A stretch of DNA of 64,000 nt. Source: Macrostomum lignano (lineage: Eukaryota). The stretch spans positions 467,928 through 531,927 of the forward strand of contig NIVC01000573.1 in assembly GCA_002269645.1 (NCBI GenBank), read 5' to 3'. Shown piece by piece: positions 1-14,597 of the stretch. Every line of letters begins with the position of its first letter. Position 1 is the first letter of the stretch. Under the pieces are notes generated by a model. It had not been told where the DNA came from, made no database searches, and saw only the letters and a program-made list of their open reading frames with translations. The translations under genes and the position numbers were made by a program.

Positions 1-932
1 AGGATTGGGAGAGAAATCCCGCCTTCTCGCTGGATAAGCATCATCATCATCAGCATCTTCGTGGTTCCAATTTTTGTTCCGCAGATTTCTTTCGCTTCCA
101 GCAGCAGCAGCAGCCCTCCTCTTGGCACGGGAGGGCGCCTTTGCCGGGCCGGTGGCCTCCGCTGGCGAGCGGGATAAATCATGATTAAAGGCTGAGAGAA
201 TCCCGCAACCCGAGCCCCAAGTGATGCCGGCCGCGCGTGTCCCTGCGCCTGCCCGGTTCACCGTAAAAATCTCCCCTCAATCCAAATCCCAGCCACTTCT
301 TCCCCTGAAAGAGTTTCCTGCTGAAGACCGCCTACTTGTCGGCATCATGGCTGTCATCTGCTGTTATGACTGCACACAAGCCGCCCTGTTCCACCTTGTT
401 ATTCCTCATGCCCGGTTCCCAACATCCCATTATTTCCTAGAAATCTGCAGCAGCTCTGCTTCCAATCACTGCGGGCCGATCTTGAACTGCTTTCGGCTCC
501 ACTTGTTCCACCTTAAGCTAATGACACCTTTACAATCCCCGCCTGCCCCCCCTCCCCTCGGTCACAGAAAGTCGAGTGGGTGTGTCGGAGAAGGTTACAG
601 CAGGCTGGGAAGGAGGGCGGTGGTAGTCCCGGCCTGCCGTGAAATCCCCCGATTTGGATAATGAGAAAAAAGCGATTAATGAGCCCCGGAAGCTGCGATA
701 GTGAAATTGAAGAACTGCTGCTGCGCCCCCCCCCCCCCGGCTGCCTGCCACTGACACATGTGATGTGCGAGCCCAGGCTGCTCTGCTTGACGAATTTCGC
801 AGTTTGGCAATTAGGCTTGTATCGAAGCTGCCCGCCTCTGTCATGCAGATTTTGCTGGCTTTTTTCTAAACTTTTTCCCACTGAAGCTCGTGATCTGATG
901 AGAATACTGATCGCTCTGTGGTGCTGTTGTGT

Positions 933-1345
<413 letters not shown>

Positions 1346-4300
1346 CCAGAGGAGGCGGAGGTGCTGGTCGGGTTCCCATGGCAAAGGTTAGGTAAACAAG
1401 ATAAATCACAGGCGCTGGTCAAGGCAGAAATGTCCCTACATTACTCCCCAAGGATATTTTGATTCCGGTGGGTGGCGGTGCAGGTGCAGTTCCACGCTCT
1501 CTCGCTGAGTTGGATGCAGTTCAATGATTCCATACAGCAGTGGGCATTTCGGAGGGCCTGCAGTGCCGAGGCGAGAGCGGAAACCCAGAGGTAACCCAAT
1601 GCTTTTAAAGGTAGAAATGGAAAACAATGAACTTCTGGAACACACGGAGCAATATTGATGTCAATGAAAATCCATGCGGCTTGGACCTCTTCAGACTCTC
1701 GTGTTCCGCCTTGTTTCGGGGGAATGCCCTGCCAGCCCCTTAAATCTGCACAGTCCCCAACTTAGCAACGAGTAAGCGGGGCTTTATCAGCCATCTATCA
1801 GGCCGGGATGGGATCTGTTCTGTCAACTTGTCTTGTACCGCCCCGGGGTGCTGGGCGTGGGAAGGTGATCGGTTGCAGCCTTGGCATGGCATAATTGCTT
1901 CCGGGAGCCGCCAGAGCCTGCAACCTGGCAACCACGGGCAACTGGGATGGCAACGGATAGGCGCTTATCGGCGCTGGACCCGCGGCCGGTCTCTCGCCCC
2001 GAGTTTTAGCATTTTTTCTGGCACCGCGTGCAGACTGCGGGAGAGGAAATTCCTGCCACGACTGCTTTGGGCGAGGCATGCTGCAGTTTTCTCACCTGCC
2101 GAGTGGCAGCGGGGAGTTGTGAAATTGTCGGCAAGACGGGAGGGTTTTAAATCTAAGGAGACTGGGGAGCAGGATATCTCGCGGCCAAGTACTGCTTGAG
2201 CATGGCAACTGCTGGATGGCACAGCAACCGTCTGCTTGCCGCAGTCACGCGATCAAATGCGGCCAAAGTCGAGGGAGAAGGGCAGCTTCCGTCACCACGA
2301 CAACGAACTCCGGTGCGGACGACGCAGCTTCAGCTGAAGACTTGAAATGATGAAGACTTGCCCGAATAAGCATAAAATAAGCATAAATATCAAATTGATT
2401 TCGGCTGGAATTGGGACATCCGATTTCGTTCGCACGCGTGGCTGATAATTCTGTTTTTTTTACCTGCGTTCCAACAGGTGCCTACAAGGTCTGAAGGGGT
2501 TCGATACAGCCCCTCACGCCGGGATAAACACGGCGGTGCATGCAACGGTCCTGCCGGCATCCCAACTCTAACTCCCCATGCATGTAACGAAATGTTTGTT
2601 TAATCTATCGATATTTAGTCTTATATTTGGCCTGCTGTGCGGCCTGTTGCCTACTGACTTTGTTGTTTTCGCTGGTGTCCCTCCTGACACCTCTGCACGT
2701 GTCTCAGGCAAAACGAAATTCTTTTTAAGGTCGACATTTTCTGCTTTTCGATTCGCACCGGGTTGCAGCAGTCGCTCCCCTAAGGACTGAAGCGAACTTC
2801 AGTTCAAGAATTTACAGCTTTGTTGATGAGGACTCGCTTCCGGACACATCTTTAGCCAATGTTGTTATCGCCTGTGGAACCAATTCAAAAGTTGAACACG
2901 TGCGCAGGCCGGGTTTTGCTACACAACACCTGCTGGATTCTGCTAACTAGATGCCCCACTTCCTATAAGCTCTTTGATAAAATTTGATTGTACAAATTCA
3001 AAGCTTTTGATGACGCCTTGGAACTGCAGGAGAATTAATTTATAAAGACTTCCAGAAATTGTCTTCGATGAATCTTGAACTGGAGGTCCGGCTGTCTGCA
3101 GCACTGTCGGTCTGTTTTCTTTGCCCCGCGCTGTCCCATCGCTCCGATGTTGCTGCAAAATCCCCAGAGTTCCGTCCGGTCCAGTGACTCCGCGCCAGCT
3201 TCAGTGGACGTCTGCAGAACCGGCGGCCCATCGGCCTGTCTCCCGAATCTGTTCGGATTGCAAGGCCCTCCCCTGTCCGTCTGTTCCGTAAACACCCGGG
3301 TTTCCTAGAAACTACAAATTAACGTCGCGCCCTTTCCCCTATACTGAAAGCGAAGACAAGGTCTTGAATGTCACTTAATTCTCCGATCGGATGGGCTGCA
3401 GGGAGCGGCCGTCGGTTCTCTCTCGTCCCCTGCAGTTGCAGCGCGCGTGTCTCCGCGGCCCTCGGCCCATCATCAAACTTTGTCCAGGCTCCTTGTTAAG
3501 CCCCTGGGTTCGAATGCAGTTAGTTGCCATGGGCCTGGCCGCGAGGGAGGGGCCAAGGACCCACAATATAGTGAAGAAACAGGGAAAGCAAGACAATATG
3601 AATGTCTTGATGTAGAGGAGAAGAGTGATGATGAAGAGAGAGGCTGGAGACAGGGCCGGCTGCAGATTCATTATTTTTATTGACTCCGCCATCGCATGGC
3701 TGTCTTTCTTTCCTAGAAGACCAATTCTTTGTGCTGGTTCCCCCTGTCCCGCGCGAAACCACCTGCAGAGAGAGACGCAGGTCGTAAAAAGCTCCACTGA
3801 TTGGGGGATCGGGTATTCAGAAGCCTGGGATGGCCGCGAATTACCATGGTTGCTCGGTGCGGCGGCAGAACTGCTGCGCGATTGCGCAACATCTGGGAGA
3901 ATCGGAGTGACTTATTGGGGCTCGGGTTGGCGCAACAAAGCCGGCGTGGCGCCGGGAAGTCAAGAAAGCCTCCCACAGGGGTGGCACTGATTAATTTATA
4001 TGGCCCCCGCACTATCAGCCGCGCCTCTAGGATTAAAATCAATAGCATCAAATTTGCCGCGTTCCAACACAAATATGAAGCTCCCCCACTTTCGACGGGG
4101 AAGTACGAGTATTAACTTATAAGATTGTTTTCGGGATGTTTTTCATCAAAACACATTTGATCCATGCAGCGCGTTGTTTAATGTGACTCTAAGACCTCAA
4201 TGTTCGGGCCAAAGAGCGCATATAGTTCTACATAGATTTACCTGAAATGTGTTTCAAATAAACTGACATAATTGGAACAGTTCTAATGCAAGATTTGTTC

Positions 4301-4379
4301 CATCTCAAAGCGAGTATAAGTTCTGAGAGCTTGTCCGTGACTAAGAATATTTCAATTCTAAGATTCTGTGACAGAATAC

Positions 4380-7300
4380 AGTTTCTGTTTCTAGGAATCG
4401 GTGACTGGATCGATTTCTGTTTCTAAGAATCGGTGACTGGATCCCAGTTCTGTTTCTAAGAATCGGTGACATATTCTATTTCTGTTTCTAAGAATCGGTG
4501 ATTGGATCCATTTCTGTTTTTAAGAATCGGTCACTGGATCCATTTCTGTTTTTAAGAATCGGTCACTGGATCTGTTTCTAAGAATCGATGACTGGATCCA
4601 TTTCTGTTTCTAAGAATCGGTGATTGGATCCATTTCTGTTTCTAAGAATCGGTGATTGGATCCATTTCTGTTTCTAAGAATTGGTGACATATTCTATTTC
4701 TGTTTCTAAGAATCGGTGATTGGATCCATTTCTGTTTTTAAGAATCGGTCACTGGATCCATTTCTGTTTTTAAGAATCGGTCACTGGATCTGTTTCTAAG
4801 AATCGATGACTGGATCCATTTCTGTTTCTAAGAATCGGTGATTGGATCCATTTCTGTTTCTAAGAATCGGTGATTGGATCCATTTCTGTTTCTAAGAATT
4901 GGTGACATATTCCATTTCTGTTTCTAAGAATTGGTGACTGGATCCATTTCTGTTTCTAAGAATTGGTGACATATTCCATTTCTGTTTCTAAGAATTGGTG
5001 ACTGGATCCCATTTCTGTTTCTAAGAATTGGTGACATATTCCATTTCTGTTTCTAAGAATCGGTGACTGGATCCCATTTCTGTTTCTAAGAATCGGTGAC
5101 TGGATCCATTTCTGTTTCTAAAAATCAGGTACAGGATTCAGTTCTGTTTCTAAGAATTGGTGACATATTCCATTTCTGTTTCTAAGAATCGGTGATTGGA
5201 TCCATTTCTGTTTCTAAGAATCGGTGACTGGATCCCATTTCTGTTTCTAAGAATCGGTGACTGGATCCATTTCTGTTTCTAAAAATCAGGTACAGGATTC
5301 AGTTCTGTTTCTAAGAATTGGTGACAGAGTCCAGTTGTGTTTCTAAGAATCAGCGATAGGAGCCAGTTCTGTTTCTAAGAATCAGCGATAGGAGCCAGTT
5401 CTGTTTCTAAGAATCAGCGATAGGAGCCAGTTCTGTTTCTAAGAATCAGCGATAGGAGCCAGTTCTGTTTCTAAGAATTGGTGACAGAGTCCAGTTGTGT
5501 TTCTAAGAATCAGCGATAGGAGCCAGTTCTGTTTCTAAGAATCAGCGATAGGAGCCAGTTCTGTTTCTAAGAATCAGCGATAGGAGCCAGTTCTGTTTCT
5601 AAGAATCAGCGATAGGAGCCAGTTCTGTTTCTAAGAATCAGCGATGGGAGCCAGTTCTGTTTCTAAGAATCAGCGATGGGAGCCAGTTCTGTTTCTAAGA
5701 ATCAGCGATAGGAGCCAGTTCTGTTTCTAAGAATCAGCGATGGGAGCCAGTTCTGTTTCTAAGAATCAGCGATAGGAGCCAGTTCTGTTTCTAAGAATCA
5801 GCGATAGGAGCCAGTTCTGTTTCTAAGAATCAGCGATGGGAGCCAGTTCTGTTTCTAAGAATCAGCGATAGGAGCCAGTTCTGTTTCTAAGAATCAGCGA
5901 TGGGAGCCAGTTCTGTTTCTAAGAATCAGCGATGGGAGCCAGTTCTGTTTCTAAGAATCAGCGATAGGAGCCAGTTCTGTTTCTAAGAATCAGCGATAGG
6001 AGCCAGTTCTGTTTCTAAGAATCAGCGATGGGAGCCAGTTCTGTTTCTAAGAATCAGCGATAGGAGCCAGTTCTGTTTCTAAGAATCAGCGATAGGAGCC
6101 AGTTCTGTTTCTAAGAATTGGTGACAGAGTCCAGTTGTGTTTCTAAGAATCAGCGATAGGAGCCAGTTCTGTTTCTAAGAATCAGCGATAGGAGCCAGTT
6201 CTGTTTCTAAGAATCAGCGATAGGAGCCAGTTCTGTTTCTAAGAATCAGCGATAGGAGCCAGTTCTGTTTCTAAGAATCAGCGATGGGAGCCAGTTCTGT
6301 TTCTAAGAATCAGCGATGGGAGCCAGTTCTGTTTCTAAGAATCAGCGATAGGAGCCAGTTCTGTTTCTAAGAATCAGCGATGGGAGCCAGTTCTGTTTCT
6401 AAGAATCAGCGATAGGAGCCAGTTCTGTTTCTAAGAATCAGCGATAGGAGCCAGTTCTGTTTCTAAGAATCAGCGATGGGAGCCAGTTCTGTTTCTAAGA
6501 ATCAGCGATAGGAGCCAGTTCTGTTTCTAAGAATCAGCGATGGGAGCCAGTTCTGTTTCTAAGAATCAGCGATAGGAGCCAGTTCTGTTTCTAAGAATCA
6601 GCGATGGGAGCCAGTTCTGTTTCTAAGAATCAGCGATAGGAGCCAGTTCTGTTTCTAAGAATCAGCGATAGGAGCCAGTTCTGTTTCTAAGAATCAGCGA
6701 TAGGAGCCAGTTCTGTTTCTAAGAATCAGCGATAGGAGCCAGTTCTGTTTCTAAGAATCAGCGATAGGAGCCAGTTCTGTTTCTAAGAATCAGCGATAGG
6801 AGCCAGTTCTGTTTCTAAGAATCAGCGATAGGAGCCAGTTCTGTTTCTAAGAATCAGCGATAGGAGCCAGTTCTGTTTCTAAGAATCAGCGATAGGAGCC
6901 AGTTCTGTTTCTAAGAATCAGCGATAGGAGCCAGTTCTGTTTCTAAGAATTGGTGACAGAGTCCAGTTGTGTTTCTAAGAATCAGCGATAGGAGCCAGTT
7001 CTGTTTCTAAGAATCAGCGATAGGAGCCAGTTCTGTTTCTAAGAATCAGCGATAGGAGCCAGTTCTGTTTCTAAGAATCAGCGATAGGAGCCAGTTCTGT
7101 TTCTAAGAATCAGCGATAGGAGCCAGTTCTGTTTCTAAGAATCAGCGATGGAGCCAGTTCTGTTTCTAAGAATCAGCGATGGAGCCAGTTCTGTTTCTAA
7201 GAATCAGCGATAGGAGCCAGTTCTGTTTCTAAGAATCAGCGATGGGAGCCAGTTCTGTTTCTAAGAATCAGCGATAGGAGCCAGTTCTGTTTCTAAGAAT

Positions 7301-10300
7301 CAGCGATAGGAGCCAGTTCTGTTTCTAAGAATCAGCGATGGAGCCAGTTCTGTTTCTAAGAATCAGCGATAGGAGCCAGTTCTGTTTCTAAGAATCAGCG
7401 ATGGGAGCCAGTTCTGTTTCTAAGAATCAGCGATAGGAGCCAGTTCTGTTTCTAAGAATCAGCGATAGGAGCCAGTTCTGTTTCTAAGAATCAGCGATAG
7501 GAGCCAGTTCTGTTTCTAAGAATCAGCGATGGGAGCCAGTTCTGTTTCTAAAAATCAGCGATAGGAGCCAGTTCTGTTTCTAAGAATCAGCGATAGGAGC
7601 CAGTTCTGTTTCTAAGAATCAGCGATAGGAGCCAGTTCTGTTTCTAAGAATCAGCGATAGGAGCCAGTTCTGTTTCTAAGAATCAGCGATAGGAGCCAGT
7701 TCTGTTTCTAAGAATCAGCGATAGGAGCCAGTTCTGTTTCTAAGAATCAGCGATAGGAGCCAGTTCTGTTTCTAAGAATCAGCGATGGGAGCCAGTTCTG
7801 TTTCTAAGAATCAGCGATAGGAGCCAGTTCTGTTTCTAAGAATCAGCGATAGGAGCCAGTTCTGTTTCTAAGAATCAGCGATGGGAGCCAGTTCTGTTTC
7901 TAAGAATCAGCGATAGGAGCCAGTTCTGTTTCTAAGAATCAGCGATGGGAGCCAGTTCTGTTTCTAAGAATCAGCGATAGGAGCCAGTTCTGTTTCTAAG
8001 AATCAGCGATAGGAGCCAGTTCTGTTTCTAAGAATCAGCGATAGGAGCCAGTTCTGTTTCTAAGAATCAGCGATGGAGCCAGTTCTGTTTCTAAGAATCA
8101 GCGATAGGAGCCAGTTCTGTTTCTAAGAATCAGCGATAGGAGCCAGTTCTGTTTCTAAGAATCAGCGATAGGAGCCAGTTCTGTTTCTAAGAATCAGCGA
8201 TAGGAGCCAGTTCTGTTTCTAAGAATCAGCGATAGGAGCCAGTTCTGTTTCTAAGAATCAGCGATAGGAGCCAGTTCTGTTTCTAAGAATCAGCGATAGG
8301 AGCCAGTTCTGTTTCTAAGAATCAGCGATAGGAGCCAGTTCTGTTTCTAAGAATCAGCGATAGGAGCCAGTTCTGTTTCTAAGAATCAGCGATAGGAGCC
8401 AGTTCTGTTTCTAAGAATCAGCGATGGGAGCCAGTTCTGTTTCTAAGAATCAGCGATAGGAGCCAGTTCTGTTTCTAAGAATCAGCGATAGGAGCCAGTT
8501 CTGTTTCTAAGAATCAGCGATGGGAGCCAGTTCTGTTTCTAAGAATCAGCGATAGGAGCCAGTTCTGTTTCTAAGAATCAGCGATGGGAGCCAGTTCTGT
8601 TTCTAAGAATCAGCGATAGGAGCCAGTTCTGTTTCTAAGAATCAGCGATAGGAGCCAGTTCTGTTTCTAAGAATCAGCGATAGGAGCCAGTTCTGTTTCT
8701 AAGAATCAGCGATGGAGCCAGTTCTGTTTCTAAGAATCAGCGATAGGAGCCAGTTCTGTTTCTAAGAATCAGCGATAGGAGCCAGTTCTGTTTCTAAGAA
8801 TCAGCGATAGGAGCCAGTTCTGTTTCTAAGAATCAGCGATAGGAGCCAGTTCTGTTTCTAAGAATCAGCGATAGGAGCCAGTTCTGTTTCTAAGAATCAG
8901 CGATAGGAGCCAGTTCTGTTTCTAAGAATCAGCGATAGGAGCCAGTTCTGTTTCTAAGAATCAGCGATAGGAGCCAGTTCTGTTTCTAAGAATCAGCGAT
9001 AGGAGCCAGTTCTGTTTCTAAGAATCAGCGATAGGAGCCAGTTCTGTTTCTAAGAATCAGCGATAGGAGCCAGTTCTGTTTCTAAGAATTGGTGACAGAG
9101 TCCAGTTGTGTTTCTAAGAATCAGCGATAGGAGCCAGTTCTGTTTCTAAGAATCAGCGATAGGAGCCAGTTCTGTTTCTAAGAATTGGTGACATATTCCA
9201 TTTCTGTTTCTAAGAATTGGTGACTGGATCCATTTCTGTTTCTAAGAATTGGTGACATATTCCATTTCTGTTTCTAAGAATTGGTGACTGGATCCCATTT
9301 CTGTTTCTAAGAATTGGTGACATATTCCATTTCTGTTTCTAAGAATCGGTGACTGGATCCCATTTCTGTTTCTAAGAATCGGTGACTGGATCCATTTCTG
9401 TTTCTAAAATCAGGTACAGGATTCAGTTCTGTTTCTAAGAATTGGTGACATATTCCATTTCTGTTTCTAAGAATCGGTGATTGGATCCATTTCTGTTTCT
9501 AAGAATCGGTGACTGGATCCCATTTCTGTTTCTAAGAATCGGTGACTGGATCCATTTCTGTTTCTAAAATCAGGTACAGGATTCAGTTCTGTTTCTAAGA
9601 ATTGGTGACAGAGTCCAGTTGTGTTTCTAAGAATCAGCGATAGGAGCCAGTTCTGTTTCTAAGAATCAGCGATAGGAGCCAGTTCTGTTTCTAAGAATCA
9701 GCGATAGGAGCCAGTTCTGTTTCTAAGAATCAGCGATAGGAGCCAGTTCTGTTTCTAAGAATTGGTGACAGAGTCCAGTTGTGTTTCTAAGAATCAGCGA
9801 TAGGAGCCAGTTCTGTTTCTAAGAATCAGCGATAGGAGCCAGTTCTGTTTCTAAGAATCAGCGATAGGAGCCAGTTCTGTTTCTAAGAATCAGCGATAGG
9901 AGCCAGTTCTGTTTCTAAGAATCAGCGATGGAGCCAGTTCTGTTTCTAAGAATCAGCGATGGGAGCCAGTTCTGTTTCTAAGAATCAGCGATAGGAGCCA
10001 GTTCTGTTTCTAAGAATCAGCGATGGAGCCAGTTCTGTTTCTAAGAATCAGCGATAGGAGCCAGTTCTGTTTCTAAGAATCAGCGATAGGAGCCAGTTCT
10101 GTTTCTAAGAATCAGCGATGGGAGCCAGTTCTGTTTCTAAGAATCAGCGATAGGAGCCAGTTCTGTTTCTAAGAATCAGCGATGGGAGCCAGTTCTGTTT
10201 CTAAGAATCAGCGATGGAGCCAGTTCTGTTTCTAAGAATCAGCGATAGGAGCCAGTTCTGTTTCTAAGAATCAGCGATAGGAGCCAGTTCTGTTTCTAAG

Positions 10301-13300
10301 AATCAGCGATGGAGCCAGTTCTGTTTCTAAGAATCAGCGATAGGAGCCAGTTCTGTTTCTAAGAATCAGCGATAGGAGCCAGTTCTGTTTCTAAGAATTG
10401 GTGACAGAGTCCAGTTGTGTTTCTAAGAATCAGCGATAGGAGCCAGTTCTGTTTCTAAGAATCAGCGATAGGAGCCAGTTCTGTTTCTAAGAATCAGCGA
10501 TAGGAGCCAGTTCTGTTTCTAAGAATCAGCGATAGGAGCCAGTTCTGTTTCTAAGAATCAGCGATGGGAGCCAGTTCTGTTTCTAAGAATCAGCGATGGG
10601 AGCCAGTTCTGTTTCTAAGAATCAGCGATAGGAGCCAGTTCTGTTTCTAAGAATCAGCGATGGGAGCCAGTTCTGTTTCTAAGAATCAGCGATAGGAGCC
10701 AGTTCTGTTTCTAAGAATCAGCGATAGGAGCCAGTTCTGTTTCTAAGAATCAGCGATGGGAGCCAGTTCTGTTTCTAAGAATCAGCGATAGGAGCCAGTT
10801 CTGTTTCTAAGAATCAGCGATGGGAGCCAGTTCTGTTTCTAAGAATCAGCGATAGGAGCCAGTTCTGTTTCTAAGAATCAGCGATGGAGCCAGTTCTGTT
10901 TCTAAGAATCAGCGATAGGAGCCAGTTCTGTTTCTAAGAATCAGCGATAGGAGCCAGTTCTGTTTCTAAGAATCAGCGATAGGAGCCAGTTCTGTTTCTA
11001 AGAATCAGCGATAGGAGCCAGTTCTGTTTCTAAGAATCAGCGATAGGAGCCAGTTCTGTTTCTAAGAATCAGCGATAGGAGCCAGTTCTGTTTCTAAGAA
11101 TCAGCGATAGGAGCCAGTTCTGTTTCTAAGAATCAGCGATAGGAGCCAGTTCTGTTTCTAAGAATCAGCGATAGGAGCCAGTTCTGTTTCTAAGAATCAG
11201 CGATAGGAGCCAGTTCTGTTTCTAAGAATTGGTGACAGAGTCCAGTTGTGTTTCTAAGAATCAGCGATAGGAGCCAGTTCTGTTTCTAAGAATCAGCGAT
11301 AGGAGCCAGTTCTGTTTCTAAGAATCAGCGATAGGAGCCAGTTCTGTTTCTAAGAATCAGCGATAGGAGCCAGTTCTGTTTCTAAGAATCAGCGATAGGA
11401 GCCAGTTCTGTTTCTAAGAATCAGCGATGGAGCCAGTTCTGTTTCTAAGAATCAGCGATGGGAGCCAGTTCTGTTTCTAAGAATCAGCGATAGGAGCCAG
11501 TTCTGTTTCTAAGAATCAGCGATGGGAGCCAGTTCTGTTTCTAAGAATCAGCGATAGGAGCCAGTTCTGTTTCTAAGAATCAGCGATAGGAGCCAGTTCT
11601 GTTTCTAAGAATCAGCGATGGGAGCCAGTTCTGTTTCTAAGAATCAGCGATAGGAGCCAGTTCTGTTTCTAAGAATCAGCGATGGAGCCAGTTCTGTTTC
11701 TAAGAATCAGCGATAGGAGCCAGTTCTGTTTCTAAGAATCAGCGATAGGAGCCAGTTCTGTTTCTAAGAATCAGCGATAGGAGCCAGTTCTGTTTCTAAG
11801 AATCAGCGATGGAGCCAGTTCTGTTTCTAAAAATCAGCGATAGGAGCCAGTTCTGTTTCTAAGAATCAGCGATAGGAGCCAGTTCTGTTTCTAAGAATCA
11901 GCGATAGGAGCCAGTTCTGTTTCTAAGAATCAGCGATAGGAGCCAGTTCTGTTTCTAAGAATCAGCGATAGGAGCCAGTTCTGTTTCTAAGAATCAGCGA
12001 TAGGAGCCAGTTCTGTTTCTAAGAATCAGCGATAGGAGCCAGTTCTGTTTCTAAGAATCAGCGATGGAGCCAGTTCTGTTTCTAAGAATCAGCGATAGGA
12101 GCCAGTTCTGTTTCTAAGAATCAGCGATAGGAGCCAGTTCTGTTTCTAAGAATCAGCGATGGGAGCCAGTTCTGTTTCTAAGAATCAGCGATAGGAGCCA
12201 GTTCTGTTTCTAAGAATCAGCGATGGAGCCAGTTCTGTTTCTAAGAATCAGCGATAGGAGCCAGTTCTGTTTCTAAGAATCAGCGATAGGAGCCAGTTCT
12301 GTTTCTAAGAATCAGCGATAGGAGCCAGTTCTGTTTCTAAGAATCAGCGATGGAGCCAGTTCTGTTTCTAAGAATCAGCGATAGGAGCCAGTTCTGTTTC
12401 TAAGAATCAGCGATAGGAGCCAGTTCTGTTTCTAAGAATCAGCGATAGGAGCCAGTTCTGTTTCTAAGAATCAGCGATAGGAGCCAGTTCTGTTTCTAAG
12501 AATCAGCGATAGGAGCCAGTTCTGTTTCTAAGAATCAGCGATAGGAGCCAGTTCTGTTTCTAAGAATCAGCGATAGGAGCCAGTTCTGTTTCTAAGAATC
12601 AGCGATAGGAGCCAGTTCTGTTTCTAAGAATCAGCGATAGGAGCCAGTTCTGTTTCTAAGAATCAGCGATAGGAGCCAGTTCTGTTTCTAAGAATCAGCG
12701 ATAGGAGCCAGTTCTGTTTCTAAGAATCAGCGATAGGAGCCAGTTCTGTTTCTAAGAATCAGCGATAGGAGCCAGTTCTGTTTCTAAGAATCAGCGATAG
12801 GAGCCAGTTCTGTTTCTAAGAATCAGCGATAGGAGCCAGTTCTGTTTCTAAGAATCAGCGATAGGAGCCAGTTCTGTTTCTAAGAATCAGCGATAGGAGC
12901 CAGTTCTGTTTCTAAGAATCAGCGATGGAGCCAGTTCTGTTTCTAAGAATCAGCGATGGGAGCCAGTTCTGTTTCTAAGAATCAGCGATAGGAGCCAGTT
13001 CTGTTTCTAAGAATCAGCGATGGGAGCCAGTTCTGTTTCTAAGAATCAGCGATAGGAGCCAGTTCTGTTTCTAAGAATCAGCGATAGGAGCCAGTTCTGT
13101 TTCTAAGAATCAGCGATGGGAGCCAGTTCTGTTTCTAAGAATCAGCGATAGGAGCCAGTTCTGTTTCTAAGAATCAGCGATGGAGCCAGTTCTGTTTCTA
13201 AGAATCAGCGATAGGAGCCAGTTCTGTTTCTAAGAATCAGCGATAGGAGCCAGTTCTGTTTCTAAGAATCAGCGATAGGAGCCAGTTCTGTTTCTAAGAA

Positions 13301-13470
13301 TCAGCGATAGGAGCCAGTTCTGTTTCTAAGAATCAGCGATGGGAGCCAGTTCTGTTTCTAAGAATCAGCGATAGGAGCCAGTTCTGTTTCTAAGAATCAG
13401 CGATAGGAGCCAGTTCTGTTTCTAAGAATCAGCGATAGGAGCCAGTTCTGTTTCTAAGAATCAGCGATAG
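4380..13470 (+). repeat. About 9-kb tandem satellite, 32-bp unit (ttctaagaatcagcgataggagccagttctgt) with 31-bp and diverged variants
   Basis: Period of 32 read directly; a variant block (ttggtgacatattcc / caggtacaggattcag) near 4400-5330 recurs near 9180-9620. Confidence 0.98.
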
Positions 13471-14597
13471 GTGCCAGTTCTGCTTGTAGTATGGAGGATT
13501 TATATTGCAATTCAGCTCACTCGCCGCATTGGAGCAGTTAACAAACAGTATACAATACGAATTAGAAGAGAGCCATTGTGCATAAATTTTAGAAAAAGAA
13601 ACTTAGTGAGTTTTCCATCGCAACTCACCTGCAAAGAGAAGGCCTCCATAGCGGGCGGTCTCAAGGTCATTCCGAGCCGGTGCAACTCAAGAATTTCTGC
13701 TGCTTTCAGAGAATCGAGTCGACAATCTTGGCGAAAGCAAAATTCCTTCTGTGGCAGCAGAAATTTCACTTGTCTCCCAGCTTTGACGGAGTTGGGAGCG
13801 CGGGATTGGGGAGGCTGCGCGGTCGCTGGGGCTTCTTCATCGCAGTTTCAGGCGGCGATTTCCCATTGGCTGCTGCAGAATTCTCCCATCCAATGGGACT
13901 GGCCAGCTGCCATTCTGCCCCCCCCCCCTACTGGCCCCGCACGATTCCTCTCCCGACTCTTCTCAAGCTTTAATACAGGCTCCTTTTATGCTTGGCATCG
14001 CGGGATCGCTTTAAATATATGGGAATTTCTTTGAAAGTTGATATGAAAGTCCTAGTTAGTTTGTTCCACGAGTCCCGACTCACGAGAAAGTAGAGGCTAG
14101 AGGAGATAAAGATAAAGATAAAGGAGAAAAGAGGACTGACGAAATAGGAGTGGAAATAGGAGAGAGGATAGAGGAGAAAAAAGAGAGGAGAGTAGAGGAG
14201 AGGGGAGAAGAGAAAAGAGAAGAAATTGTTAGAGAGAAGAGAGGTGAAAAGAGGACAAGGACAAGCCTTTAGCGGGCCGGATTGCTATTGAAGTTCCAAA
14301 GGACCCGAGGCCCGGATACGAGAGGCCGGAGTTTGCAGATCCCTGGCCTATTGGTGTTTGGCTCGGTTTTGTGCTGGCAAGAGATTTATTCATAAGTTGG
14401 AGAAATTTGATTTAGGCCAATATCAGATATACACACAGCAACATGTTAAAGTTTCCACCCCAAAACCAGTGGTCAACTTTCCTCAGATCTCAGCCCCAAG
14501 TGACGCACGCAATTCACATCCACAGGGCTCGTATGGACTGATTTCGCAATCAAGCTGATATGAGGAAAAATAAACTGACATTAGTGCATTTTCAATG

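Noticed and set aside
1400-4115. Many overlapping short ORFs that might be exons or a decayed element
   Set aside because: No recognisable domain or consistent exon chain could be built.
4380-5340. Constant tttctgtttctaagaat alternating with variable ~14-nt segments, CRISPR-like at first sight
   Set aside because: The variable parts are recurring variants of one monomer, not unique spacers; no cas genes; eukaryotic context.
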